Numbered from the stretch's first letter, positions 10,589-20,037 are shown. The stretch: 64,000 bases of DNA from Alphaproteobacteria bacterium (GCA_051010635.1 JBPCVJ010000025.1:18231-82230), one strand, 5' to 3'. Made by a program: numbers and translations. The notes: generated from the letters alone by a model not told the origin.

Positions 10589-10721
10589 GGGTTTTTTTAA
10601 GGGGTGGTTTTTTTATGATGTTTTTTGGGTTTGATAAGATTTTTGTTTTTACAATGGCTTTATTATATGATATAGACAAAAATATACAATTCTTCAATAA
10701 TGTAATTTATAAAAAATTATC

Positions 10722-11312
10722 ATGGTTAAAAAGAAACTTATCCATCCCCCCATTTTGATGCCCCGTGCGACGGCGGTGTGGTTGATTGATAACACCAGCC
10801 TTGCCTTTCAGCAAATTGCTGATTTTTGTGGGCTACATTTGCTTGAGGTTGAAAACCTTGCCGATGCCGATAATAGCCAATTAAAAGGTATGAGCCCGAT
10901 TTTGAACGGGCAATTAAGCAAGGATGAAATCACCCGTTGTGAAAAAGATGAAAAGATATCATTGAAACTCAGTAAGGTAGAAACCCATGATCATTTGATA
11001 GAAGAACGCAAAGGCGCACGCTATACTCCCATTGCCAAAAGAGGCAATAAACCCGATGCGATATTGTGGTTGTTAAAAAACCATAGCGGTTTATCTGATA
11101 GCCAGATAGGGCGGCTTATCGGCACAACCTTGAATACCATCAAGGCGATTAAACATCGCACCCATTGGAATATGGCAAATTTAAGCGCCAAACATCCAGT
11201 TGAATTGGGGCTTTGCACCAAGCTAGAATTGGAAAAGTTGGTGAATAAAATCAAAAAGGTCGAACAGGTTGATGATGATAATCTACCCGATGGGGCAGAT
11301 GATAAGCTATAA
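10722..11312 (+). CDS. DUF1013-like conserved alphaproteobacterial cytoplasmic protein
   Basis: This is a 196-aa ORF. Its N-terminal block (PRATAVWLIDNTSLAFQQIADFCGLH) resembles the DUF1013 family found near cell-cycle genes in alphaproteobacteria. The assignment is from memory only. Confidence 0.45.
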   Translation: MVKKKLIHPPILMPRATAVWLIDNTSLAFQQIADFCGLHLLEVENLADADNSQLKGMSPILNGQLSKDEITRCEKDEKISLKLSKVETHDHLIEERKGARYTPIAKRGNKPDAILWLLKNHSGLSDSQIGRLIGTTLNTIKAIKHRTHWNMANLSAKHPVELGLCTKLELEKLVNKIKKVEQVDDDNLPDGADDKL

Positions 11313-11320
11313 TCATCGCC

Positions 11321-12253
11321 TTGATACGGCAAGATAAGATGGTAAAAAAACGCATATTCATTGATGGCGACCAAGGCACCACTGGGCTGGATATCACACA
11401 AAGGCTTAAGGCATTTTTACCTGAGATTGATATCATCACCTTGCCTGAAAATCTAAGGAAAGATAAAAAACATCGGTTGAGTCATTTGAATGATTGCGAT
11501 TTGGCAGTTTTGTGCCTGCCTGATGTAGCAGCCATAGAATCGGTTAAGCTGGTTGAAAATCAGCGGGTCAAAATTTTGGATTGTTCAACCGCCCATCGGG
11601 TGGCACGGGGATTTGTTTATGGTTTGCCTGAATATAATGCAAAACAAAAAAACTTGATAAGCCAAGCTATGCGGGTGGCAAACCCAGGCTGTTATGCCAC
11701 TGGCTTTATTTTGTTGCTCGCCCCCTTGATGCGTGCGGGTATTTTGCCTGATGATTACCCTTATGTGGTGGTTGGCATATCGGGTTATTCGGGGGGGGGC
11801 AAGGGTATGATAGAAGAATATGAAACAACCAACATCAAGGGGCATAGTTATGGTTTTTTACAAAATCATAAACATCTGCCTGAGATGACCGACTATGGGT
11901 TATTGTTGCATCCGCCTATATTTATACCATGGGTGGGGGATTTTCCACGGGGGATGGTGATAAAAATTCCGCTGGATGGGCGGGTTTTAAAAAATATTAG
12001 TAAATCATTGATAGAAAAAATTTGGCAAGATAATTATCAAAATTGTGATAAAATTATTTTACCCAACGATGATGAGGCGATAATGGCTGATAAAATTTTG
12101 GTGGATAGTTATAACGGGCGTGATGATGTGGCACTAAAGGTGGTGGGGCATGATGATGGGCGGTTGGTGTTGGTGGCAATATATGACAATTTAGGCAAGG
12201 GTGCAAGTGGTGCGGCATTGCAAAATATTCAGCTGATGCTGGATTTAAAATAA
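11321..12253 (+). CDS. argC: N-acetyl-gamma-glutamyl-phosphate reductase (short, type-2 form)
   Basis: This is a 310-aa ORF with an N-terminal NAD(P)-binding region (IFIDGDQGTTGL) and a catalytic Cys context (PGCYATG). Confidence 0.8.
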   Translation: MIRQDKMVKKRIFIDGDQGTTGLDITQRLKAFLPEIDIITLPENLRKDKKHRLSHLNDCDLAVLCLPDVAAIESVKLVENQRVKILDCSTAHRVARGFVYGLPEYNAKQKNLISQAMRVANPGCYATGFILLLAPLMRAGILPDDYPYVVVGISGYSGGGKGMIEEYETTNIKGHSYGFLQNHKHLPEMTDYGLLLHPPIFIPWVGDFPRGMVIKIPLDGRVLKNISKSLIEKIWQDNYQNCDKIILPNDDEAIMADKILVDSYNGRDDVALKVVGHDDGRLVLVAIYDNLGKGASGAALQNIQLMLDLK

Positions 12254-12408
12254 ATTGCGATGCTTGCTTATCGCAAGGTTATTGCGTTTGTTTTTTTAAT
12301 GTTTGGTCGGTTTCTCTTGCGGTGGCATGATGATCATGTGCTGTGGCATTTTTACTTGAAAATACAATAGATAATAAAACAAGTAAAATAAAAATCCGCA
12401 TCATGTAT

Positions 12409-12801
12409 CTAAACTTTTTTTATTGTTGCTAATCTATCACCTAAAATAATCAAATAGATGCTGGCGGTCATGGTGATAAAAACCGATGCCCAAAATCCCC
12501 ACCAACCCATTGCCAAAGAATGGTTAGAGGCAACATTGGCATAGATAAAAAAATTCCACACAAAAGGTAAAACAAATGTATAACGCATGATGCGCCCATA
12601 AAAATAAAATCCTAATATGGGCGATAGATAAATAATCGCCTCCTGCCATGCTGGAAAACTACCATTATGTTGGGTGATATAATACCAGATGTCGCTCCAG
12701 CCACCGGGCAAACTACCATAAATAAATACCCATAAAAAATTTGCCAGTGCGGCATATTTGATATGGCGGCATATTGTTGTTTGGTCCATTTTTTTCATCA
12801 T
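12409..12801 (-). CDS. Hypothetical small integral membrane protein (~4 TM, aromatic-rich)
   Basis: This is a 130-aa ORF with four hydrophobic segments rich in W/F/Y. It is convergent with argC. I recognise no family. Confidence 0.35.
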   Translation of the reverse strand: MMKKMDQTTICRHIKYAALANFLWVFIYGSLPGGWSDIWYYITQHNGSFPAWQEAIIYLSPILGFYFYGRIMRYTFVLPFVWNFFIYANVASNHSLAMGWWGFWASVFITMTASIYLIILGDRLATIKKV

Positions 12802-12919
12802 AAAGCCATTATAGTCAAATTCTTTTTATTTTGTCAATAGATATTTTTGCATTATTTGAATAAGTTGTCAGCGGAAAAATTTTGTGCTATGGTGCTTTTT
12901 ATCTTTAGGATAAAAAACA

Positions 12920-14371
12920 ATGACAAAATCATTACAGCGAAAAGATCTATTATGTGATAAAGCTTTGATAGGTGGTGGTTGGCTTGGTTTGGCAAAAACC
13001 TATGAGGTGAAAAACCCAGCCGATGGTAGTGGCATTGGGCAGTTGCCCGATTGTGGTGTGAAAGAAACCGAAGATGCGATTGCCAAAGCGGTCCAGCCAC
13101 AAAAACAATGGGCGATGAAAACCGCTAAACAAAGAAGTATCATTTTGAAAAAATGGGTGGAGCTGATTGAAAAACATAAAGACGATTTGGCACTTATTTT
13201 AACTTGGGAAAATGGCAAACCCATATCGGAATCGCTTGCCGAAATTGCATCGGGTATGGGTTATATTGAATGGTTTGCCGAAGAAGCCAAACGAGCCTAT
13301 GGCGATATTATCCCTGGGCATTTGCCCGATAAAAGATTGCTGGTGATATTGCAACCAGTGGGTATTACTGCTTCCATTACCCCGTGGAATTTTCCCCATT
13401 CTATGATAGCCAGAAAGGTCGGCCCTGCCCTTGCTGCAGGCTGTGCCCAGATAGTCAAACCCCCCGAACAAACACCTTTTTCGGCACTTGCTATGGCAAA
13501 ATTGGCACTTGAAGCGGGATTGCCGCAAGGGCTTTTCTCGGTGATTTCTTCAACCGATGCCCGCACCATCGGCAAGGTTTTAACCACCGACCAAAGGGTG
13601 GCAAAATTTTCTTTCACTGGCTCAACCGCAGTGGGCAAAATATTGATGGCGCAGGCCGCCGATTCGGTGAAAAAAATTTCGCTTGAGTTAGGTGGCAATG
13701 CGCCTTTTTTGGTGTTTGATGATGCCGATTTAGACGAAGCGGTTTCGGGGGCGATGGCATCAAAATTTCGTAATGCGGGGCAAACTTGCGTCTGTGCCAA
13801 TCGCTTTATTGTGCAAAAAAAAGTGGTGAAGGCGTTTGCTGAAAAATTAAAAACCGCTATGGAAAAAATGGTGGTGGGTAATGGGGCGGATGAAGGTGTA
13901 ACCACTGGTCCTCTGATTGATGCCGAATCTTTGTCAAAGGTGGAATCGTTGGTAAAGGATGCTACGACAAAGGGGGCAAAAATTATGCTCGGTGGGCGGC
14001 GGCATAGACTCGGTGGGTTTTATTTTGAACCAACCTTATTGCTTGATATGACGCCCGATATGTTGATAGCCAGCAATGAAATTTTTGGGCCAGTGGCTGC
14101 GATTTTTTCTTTTGATAAGGATGAGGAGGCAATAGAATATGCTAACCGCACCCATTATGGTCTTGCCAGTTATTTTTATGCCAAAGATATGGCACGGGTG
14201 TTTCGTATTGCCGAAAATATTGAAACGGGTATGGTTGGGGTGAATACGGGTATGCTTACCACCGAGGTTGCACCTTTTGGTGGGGTGAAGGAATCGGGTT
14301 TGGGGCGTGAAGGTGGTTGGCAGGGATTGCGTGAATATATGAATGAAAAATATATTTGTATATCATTATAA
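12920..14371 (+). CDS. gabD: NAD(P)-dependent succinate-semialdehyde dehydrogenase (aldehyde dehydrogenase family)
   Basis: This is a 483-aa ORF with the ALDH motifs (ELGGNAP, catalytic Cys in GQTCVCANR, FTGSTAVG). Its overall similarity is to GabD-type enzymes. Confidence 0.75.
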   Translation: MTKSLQRKDLLCDKALIGGGWLGLAKTYEVKNPADGSGIGQLPDCGVKETEDAIAKAVQPQKQWAMKTAKQRSIILKKWVELIEKHKDDLALILTWENGKPISESLAEIASGMGYIEWFAEEAKRAYGDIIPGHLPDKRLLVILQPVGITASITPWNFPHSMIARKVGPALAAGCAQIVKPPEQTPFSALAMAKLALEAGLPQGLFSVISSTDARTIGKVLTTDQRVAKFSFTGSTAVGKILMAQAADSVKKISLELGGNAPFLVFDDADLDEAVSGAMASKFRNAGQTCVCANRFIVQKKVVKAFAEKLKTAMEKMVVGNGADEGVTTGPLIDAESLSKVESLVKDATTKGAKIMLGGRRHRLGGFYFEPTLLLDMTPDMLIASNEIFGPVAAIFSFDKDEEAIEYANRTHYGLASYFYAKDMARVFRIAENIETGMVGVNTGMLTTEVAPFGGVKESGLGREGGWQGLREYMNEKYICISL

Positions 14372-14388
14372 AAAAAGGCGATGATGTT

Positions 14389-15195
14389 ATGGCAAAAGAA
14401 GTAAAATTGGTTGGTATCACTGGCAATTATAAAATTGATGATAGCCATGTGCATAGCCATGGCTTGACCAAGGGGGTGGCAGTGGTGATAGAAAAATATC
14501 GTTACAACGCAAGGGTGCTTGATTCTTGCCAAACCGATGGCATCACCGCACTGCCAGTGGTCATTCCACCGATGGGGGAAGCGATGTTCCCATTGTTAGA
14601 AAAAATAGATGGGTTGATATTCACAGGGGCAATTAGTAATATCCACCCTGATCGTTATGGTGGGCATAAACCCCGTGATGGTAATGTTGCTGATGTGATG
14701 CGTGATGATACCACCTTGCCAATGTTTGAACAGGCGATGCAGCGGGGTTTGCCGATATTATGTATTTGCCGTGGTGCCCAAGAATTGAATGTTGCTTTGG
14801 GCGGCACTTTGCACCAACATCTTGAAGAATTGCCTAATTATCAAGACCATCGCTATGAATTTCTTAAGGGCAAATCTTATGATGATGGGTTTCGTGAGGT
14901 GCATGATATTACGGTAAAGGCGGGCGGGGTATTGGAAAAAATTTATAATAAAATAGATGCGGGCAAAAAAAAATGGCGGGTCAATTCGGCACATGGGCAA
15001 GGGGTGGATAAATTGGCAAAGGTTTTAAGGGTAGAGGCTTTGGCAGATGATGGGGTGGTGGAGGCTTTTTCTTACCCTGATTATACCAAACAGGGGCATT
15101 TTTTGCTTGCGGTGCAATGGCATCCCGAAGCCGATGTGGTGATCGACCAGCCACAAAATAAAATTCTGTTTCAAGAATTTGGTAAGGCTTTATAG
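14389..15195 (+). CDS. Class-I glutamine amidotransferase-like hydrolase (gamma-glutamyl-GABA hydrolase / peptidase C26 family)
   Basis: The catalytic Cys sits in the context ICRGAQE, which resembles GATase1/C26 (G.C.G.Q), and a His is present near the C-terminus (WHPE). The ORF track starts at 14356, but the Met at 14389 (MAKEV) lies after the gabD stop. Confidence 0.6.
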   Translation: MAKEVKLVGITGNYKIDDSHVHSHGLTKGVAVVIEKYRYNARVLDSCQTDGITALPVVIPPMGEAMFPLLEKIDGLIFTGAISNIHPDRYGGHKPRDGNVADVMRDDTTLPMFEQAMQRGLPILCICRGAQELNVALGGTLHQHLEELPNYQDHRYEFLKGKSYDDGFREVHDITVKAGGVLEKIYNKIDAGKKKWRVNSAHGQGVDKLAKVLRVEALADDGVVEAFSYPDYTKQGHFLLAVQWHPEADVVIDQPQNKILFQEFGKAL

Positions 15196-16041
15196 TTTTT
15201 TATAAACCCGTGCCATGTAAAAACTTAATCCCATTATCATCATCATAGCACACCAAAATTGCCCTATGGTGAAGATGCCGATAAAACCATCCATGGGGGC
15301 ACGAAAAAATTCAATTACAAAACGAAACCCGCCATAAAAAAATAAAAAACATGAAAATATAATGCCATTGGGTAAAAATTTGATAGGCAAGGATGTTTGT
15401 GAATTTTTATAAATTGCCAAAAAATGCAAAATGCAAAATAACAACAAGCCTTCAAAAAAAGCTTCATATAATTGACTGGGGTGGCGAATGGTTTGGTCGA
15501 TGTGGGGGAATATTACCCCGATGGTGCTTTGCCAAACAGGCGATGCGATAGGGCGACCGATTAATTCGCCATTGATAAAATTGGCACTACGCCCTATTAA
15601 TAAAGCCAAGGGCACGGCACGGCAAAAACTATCAATCAATATCCAGCGGTCAATTTTTTTTCTTTTGGCAAACCACAAACTGGCTATCAGCAATCCTATG
15701 GCCGCCCCGTGAAATGCCATACCACCTTGCCAGATGGCTAACCATTGCCACCATTGAAAAAAAGGCAAGGTTAAAAATTCTATCGGGTGATAGAATAAAA
15801 TATACCCAAGCCTTCCGCCAATCAGGGTGGCAAGGATACCGATGAATAAAAAATCATCCCAAGCAGTCGATGATAGATGATATTGGCGTGATTTTTTTTG
15901 TGCCAATAGGGTGGCTTGATAACAATGCGGCAACCAATAGCGACAAAATAAAAACCCCAGTAAATAAGCCACCCCATACCAATAGACCTGCCAGCCAAAT
16001 AGTGAAAAAGCGATGGGGTTAAGGTTATGGATATAGGGCAC
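15190..16041 (-). CDS. lgt: Prolipoprotein diacylglyceryl transferase
   Basis: This is a 283-aa polytopic membrane protein with the Lgt signature region (FGWQVYWYGVAYLLGF ... GGRLGYILFY) and a conserved G-rich loop. Confidence 0.8.
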   Translation of the reverse strand: MPYIHNLNPIAFSLFGWQVYWYGVAYLLGFLFCRYWLPHCYQATLLAQKKSRQYHLSSTAWDDFLFIGILATLIGGRLGYILFYHPIEFLTLPFFQWWQWLAIWQGGMAFHGAAIGLLIASLWFAKRKKIDRWILIDSFCRAVPLALLIGRSANFINGELIGRPIASPVWQSTIGVIFPHIDQTIRHPSQLYEAFFEGLLLFCILHFLAIYKNSQTSLPIKFLPNGIIFSCFLFFYGGFRFVIEFFRAPMDGFIGIFTIGQFWCAMMMIMGLSFYMARVYKKL

Positions 16042-16136
16042 AAAAACCTCTATAACATAATTGGGTATGGTATTGTAGACAAACCTTAAATTATATTATA
16101 GAATAAAAAACCACATGGTGCAAAAGGCGAATAACA

Positions 16137-16865
16137 ATGGATCATTTACATAAAAATTTTATATCACATAAAAAAAACTCCCATTGGGCGAAGAATTTTT
16201 TTGGCAGTTTATGGCTGTTGTTATCCATGATGTTTGGCGGGGTATGTTATGCCGATACAGATATGCGTTTTTATATCCACCCCGAAGGCGAAATGTTATT
16301 TTTAGATAAGACTTTTATCAAAGGTGGCAATGAGGTTGTTTTGGGTGGTGGTGGAAATTTTATTTTTGGTTTTCGCATTGATGATATTGAAATTGCCACT
16401 ATGATAGGTTATCACCATTTTTCATTTGATGGTCATTTTAGCGAAAATAATCAAAGCCATTATTTTGAAACCAGCGAAGGGTTTATACCCACCGCCTTGG
16501 GAATAAATTATATTTTTTCTATTGGCGATTTTGCCATTGTGCCAGGCTTGGCTAGGGGGTTGATGTTGCATATGATTGACCGCACAACCACTTATCGATC
16601 GGGCGACGAGCCCTTGGTGGTGAAAGAAACCATAACCCAAACCCGTGGTTTGTGGTTGCCACAATTACAATTGGTTTATGTCCCTGATGATGATTGGCAA
16701 ATATCGCTGGCAACAAAATTCTATATCGTGCCAGATGGTTATAGTGATAATTATACCAAAACGGCAAAAAAAAGATCCTATGATGAAAATTACCAAACCT
16801 ATAACAAAGAAGATGAGCTTTTTTGGTATGGCACGATAACGCTGGGGGTATCTTATATTTTTTAA
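16137..16865 (+). CDS. Putative outer-membrane beta-barrel protein
   Basis: This is a 242-aa ORF with an N-terminal signal-like segment (WLLLSMMFGGVCYA). It has alternating amphipathic strands and ends in an aromatic residue (..VSYIF), as outer-membrane barrels do. Confidence 0.4.
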   Translation: MDHLHKNFISHKKNSHWAKNFFGSLWLLLSMMFGGVCYADTDMRFYIHPEGEMLFLDKTFIKGGNEVVLGGGGNFIFGFRIDDIEIATMIGYHHFSFDGHFSENNQSHYFETSEGFIPTALGINYIFSIGDFAIVPGLARGLMLHMIDRTTTYRSGDEPLVVKETITQTRGLWLPQLQLVYVPDDDWQISLATKFYIVPDGYSDNYTKTAKKRSYDENYQTYNKEDELFWYGTITLGVSYIF

Positions 16866-17959
16866 GTCGCAGTGGTTTGTAAGAAATCATTGATATAGAT
16901 ATTGACCGCTTGTTCAATTGACATAGGGGTGAAATCAATTAGGCTATGTAATTTATTGATGTTGGCTAGGGTGTGGTTTTGATAATGGGGTGCCAGCAAA
17001 GGCGGCATGGGTATATAATCAATCTTGGTAGGTTGTTTGATATGTGCCATAATGTAATGCGCCATTTGATTAAAACTGGTGGCTTGCCCTGACCCTAGAT
17101 TAAAAATACCCGATAGTTTTTTTAATTGCGATGGGTCGGTTTGGTATTGATGATAAAATTGTAATAATTTTATGATGACCCATACCCCATCCATCACCCA
17201 GACAAAATCACGGGTTTGTTCGCCATGTTTGATGGTAGGGTCGGTGGATTGAAAGAGACGCATATGGTTGGTTGCTGTGGCTTGGGAAAAAAATTGTGGC
17301 ACCACCGATGCTTGCCCTTTTTTGTGATATTCATTAGGGCCAAACACATTGAAAAATTTTAATCCCGCAAAAAAAGGTGGGGTGCGATGGGCGAATGGTT
17401 TTTCGCCAAATACAAATATATCAAATAAATGTTTTGACCGCCCATAGAGATTGCGAGGTTGTAATTTTTTTAAATCATCTATGGTTTCTGGTTCAACAAA
17501 ACCAAAAGCCCCATCGCCATAGGTGGCAGCACTGGATGCATAGATAAAAGGGCATTGCCAAACAATGGTTTTTTGCCATAAGGCTTGGCTGTAGTGGGTA
17601 TTTTTTTTTAACACCAAAGATTCATCTTGGCTGGTGGTATCGCTCAATGCGCCCAAATGCACCACCGCTTTGATGTTATCGGTTGGTTGAAAGTTTAATA
17701 ATTCATCAGGGGTGATGATGGGGGGGATAGATGGGGTGGTAATTTTTGAAAGCAAATATGGCGGTTGGCGGTTGGTGATATTTTGTTTTTTTTCGGGGGT
17801 TTCATCATCAACAATAATGATGGATTGTTTTTCAGCCAGCAAATAATTGGCAAGGCACGAACCAATAAATCCTAACCCGCCAGTAATGATGATGATACCA
17901 TCGGTTGTTTGCCAGTCGGGTGGTTTGACAAAATAACGGGCGAGGGGGGGCTGTGGCAT
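16862..17959 (-). CDS. hldD: ADP-L-glycero-D-manno-heptose-6-epimerase
   Basis: The HldD-diagnostic blocks are present: GGLGFIGS, FIYASSAATYGD, FFNVFGPNE and GIFNLGSGQATSF. The ORF carries a ~20-aa N-terminal extension before the Rossmann motif, so the true start may be a non-ATG codon further in. Confidence 0.7.
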   Translation of the reverse strand: MPQPPLARYFVKPPDWQTTDGIIIITGGLGFIGSCLANYLLAEKQSIIIVDDETPEKKQNITNRQPPYLLSKITTPSIPPIITPDELLNFQPTDNIKAVVHLGALSDTTSQDESLVLKKNTHYSQALWQKTIVWQCPFIYASSAATYGDGAFGFVEPETIDDLKKLQPRNLYGRSKHLFDIFVFGEKPFAHRTPPFFAGLKFFNVFGPNEYHKKGQASVVPQFFSQATATNHMRLFQSTDPTIKHGEQTRDFVWVMDGVWVIIKLLQFYHQYQTDPSQLKKLSGIFNLGSGQATSFNQMAHYIMAHIKQPTKIDYIPMPPLLAPHYQNHTLANINKLHSLIDFTPMSIEQAVNIYINDFLQTTAT

Positions 17960-18015
17960 TGTTTATCTATTATACATCCCCGCTCAGATGATTGATGGGT
18001 GCGGCAAATATTTTA

Positions 18016-18042
18016 ACCTAAAAAATATTCTATTTTTTAGGT
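18016..18042. terminator. Perfect 12-bp inverted repeat (acctaaaaaata-ttc-tattttttaggt) immediately 3' of rpmJ
   Basis: I read the palindrome directly from the sequence. It lies between the rpmJ stop at 18045 and the hldD start at 17959. No clean U-tract follows it in either direction, so this is a hairpin rather than a canonical terminator. Confidence 0.3.
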
Positions 18043-18044
18043 GA

Positions 18045-18173
18045 TTAACTGCCTTGGCGTGCTTTATAGCGGGGATTTTTTTTATTGATAATATAAAGCC
18101 GCCGCCGCCGTTTTACCAATTGGCAATCTTTATCACGGGTGCGAAGGGTTCTTAAAGATGTTGTGACTTTCAT
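18045..18173 (-). CDS. rpmJ: 50S ribosomal protein bL36, zinc-independent (YkgO-like) type
   Basis: The ORF track missed this 42-codon gene because it is under 60 aa. The minus-strand translation is [42 protein letters not shown]. It matches the bL36 consensus MKV..SL...R..D...V.R.GR.Y.I.K.NPR.KARQG, has a single Cys and lacks the zinc ribbon. Confidence 0.7.
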   Translation of the reverse strand: MKVTTSLRTLRTRDKDCQLVKRRRRLYIINKKNPRYKARQGS

Positions 18174-18227
18174 GTAAAAGTTTTATGGCAAAAAATGCCG
18201 CATCTGTCAATTGATTTATGGGGGGTT

Positions 18228-18728
18228 TTATCTTGTAAGATAGATGCTATCTTTATCAATATGGCAGAGGCTATGTTGGTTGGCTATTTTTATTAATTGA
18301 TAAAAATCATGGCGAGCGATGGCAATGCAACCTTCGGTCGGGGTAAGGTTGGGGCGTGCCAGATGGATAAAAATGGCACTCCCCTTGCCTTTGATAATCG
18401 GGTTGTGGTTATAATCCAAAACCGCCAATAAATCATAAATATCATCATTACGCCATAATTTTTCATGGTGATAGGGGTAATGGTCGGTGCATAATTGTTG
18501 ATTGTAATCGGGGGATGCGGGGTCATCAACCCAAATGGCATTTTTGGCGATCGGTAAGGTTGGCAAGCTGGTATCAGGCCTTGCCAATTTGTCGGGTCGG
18601 TAAAGCACCGATAAAATTTTGTAATCCCCTATCGGGGTGATGCCATCGCCTTCCTTTTGTTTGCTACCTACGCCGCCTCGCCCTAATGATAGGGGGTGAA
18701 TAGTTAAGATATCGCGGGGATTTTTCAT
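18228..18728 (-). CDS. L,D-transpeptidase (YkuD) family protein, short form
   Basis: This is a 166-aa ORF with a catalytic-domain-like C-terminus (SAIFIHLARPNLTPTEGCIAIARHD), giving the His ... Cys arrangement of the YkuD fold. I see no clear signal peptide. Confidence 0.5.
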   Translation of the reverse strand: MKNPRDILTIHPLSLGRGGVGSKQKEGDGITPIGDYKILSVLYRPDKLARPDTSLPTLPIAKNAIWVDDPASPDYNQQLCTDHYPYHHEKLWRNDDIYDLLAVLDYNHNPIIKGKGSAIFIHLARPNLTPTEGCIAIARHDFYQLIKIANQHSLCHIDKDSIYLTR

Positions 18729-18801
18729 TTTGTTTTTTTATTATAAACTTGTTAGCATAATAAAAGAAATGGATAAGCATCTATAAGAAAGACGAAAACA
18801 A

Positions 18802-19272
18802 ATGATAAAGATAGGCGATGAAATTGTCAATGACAAGGTGATGGTGGTGGGCAAAACCGCTGGGGTGATGCTCCATGATATATTGGGGAAAAAATCAGTG
18901 CTGTTTGCGGTGCCAGGTGCTTTTACCCCTACCTGTGCGATGAAACATTTGCCAAGTTATCTATGGCAACAAAAATCGCTTGCCGATAAGGGGATTGATA
19001 AAATTCTCTGCCTTGCGGTGAATGATATTTTTGTAATGACGGCATGGGAAAAGATGGAAAAATCACAAGGTATTATTACTATGATAGCCGATGGCTCTGC
19101 TGTTTTAACCAAAAAATGGGGTATGGAGTTTGATTTAACCGATGCGGGGCTTGGGGTGCGGTCGCAACGCTATGCGATGCTGTTGGAAGGTGCGGTGGTG
19201 CGGAATTTATTTTTAGAAAAAAAGGGTGAATATAAAGTCTCCTCGGCTGAATATGTTTTACGCCAAATTTAA
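18802..19272 (+). CDS. Peroxiredoxin (Prx5-like thiol peroxidase, AhpC/TSA family)
   Basis: This is a 156-aa ORF. The peroxidatic Cys sits in the motif VPGAFTPTC, which is diagnostic of Prx5-type peroxiredoxins. Confidence 0.75.
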   Translation: MIKIGDEIVNDKVMVVGKTAGVMLHDILGKKSVLFAVPGAFTPTCAMKHLPSYLWQQKSLADKGIDKILCLAVNDIFVMTAWEKMEKSQGIITMIADGSAVLTKKWGMEFDLTDAGLGVRSQRYAMLLEGAVVRNLFLEKKGEYKVSSAEYVLRQI

Positions 19273-19979
19273 TCTTCATTAAGCCATTGGTTTATCATAT
19301 TGGGGTTGATGGTTTTTTTGTTGCGAAAAGCATAATCATCCAACCGCAATAATATATGATGCAATGCTTGATGGCTACGGGGTGCGTCACGCAAAATGCG
19401 GTCAATTATTTTATCATTGACCGCTATTTGCCGTTCGGCAAAAAAACCAAAAGCTTGGGCGCGCAAATTAATATCATCGGCAACCAGCCATAATTGCGCG
19501 ATAAGCGATAGGCGTGATGATAAATCTGTTAGAAGATAATTCGCCTGCTGTTTGAGTAATAATGATAGGGATTTTTGGGCTAATAATAATAATTTTGGTC
19601 GTTGGTGTTGAGGCTGGTTAAAAAAATAACATAAATCTTTAGCTGCGGCGGGGGATAGATTTGGCAATGCTTGGTCAATATTATCCCAAATGATAATATG
19701 ATGCGGTGGGTGGTTTTTTATGTCAGCCATTTGGTTGTTTTTTATCATAAATCCAAGCGATTGATGAGCGGGTGATTTTCTAAATAAATACCAGGCGATA
19801 AAACTTTTTCCCGAACCAACATCGCCGCTTAAACACAAAGCTCCATCTTGCCATTGGTCGGGGCGTTGTAGTAAAGCGATGGTTTTTTCATTAGCAGGCG
19901 ATATGACCAGTGGTAGATCATGCCAGCCTGATTTTTTTGGTAAGGGTAGCAATAATTGGTTATGGGTTGGGTTTTGCAT
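19269..19979 (-). CDS. hdaA: DnaA-related regulatory inactivator (HdaA-like AAA+ protein)
   Basis: This is a 236-aa ORF with Walker A (LSGDVGSGKSF). Its size matches Hda/HdaA, and it sits divergent from purM as in many alphaproteobacteria. Confidence 0.6.
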   Translation of the reverse strand: MQNPTHNQLLLPLPKKSGWHDLPLVISPANEKTIALLQRPDQWQDGALCLSGDVGSGKSFIAWYLFRKSPAHQSLGFMIKNNQMADIKNHPPHHIIIWDNIDQALPNLSPAAAKDLCYFFNQPQHQRPKLLLLAQKSLSLLLKQQANYLLTDLSSRLSLIAQLWLVADDINLRAQAFGFFAERQIAVNDKIIDRILRDAPRSHQALHHILLRLDDYAFRNKKTINPNMINQWLNED

Positions 19980-20037
19980 AGATGTTGCTATCTAACAAAA
20001 AACCATTTTATTTTCAAAAGAATCATTTTATCAATAG

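Noticed and set aside
10558-10758. A 66-aa ORF in the gltA / DUF1013 divergent promoter region
   Set aside because: It overlaps the gltA start and the intergenic promoter region. Its hydrophobic low-complexity translation is consistent with AT-rich noise.
13297-13905. A 202-aa minus-strand ORF inside gabD
   Set aside because: It is antisense to a strongly supported aldehyde dehydrogenase and has an Ala/Ser-rich random composition.
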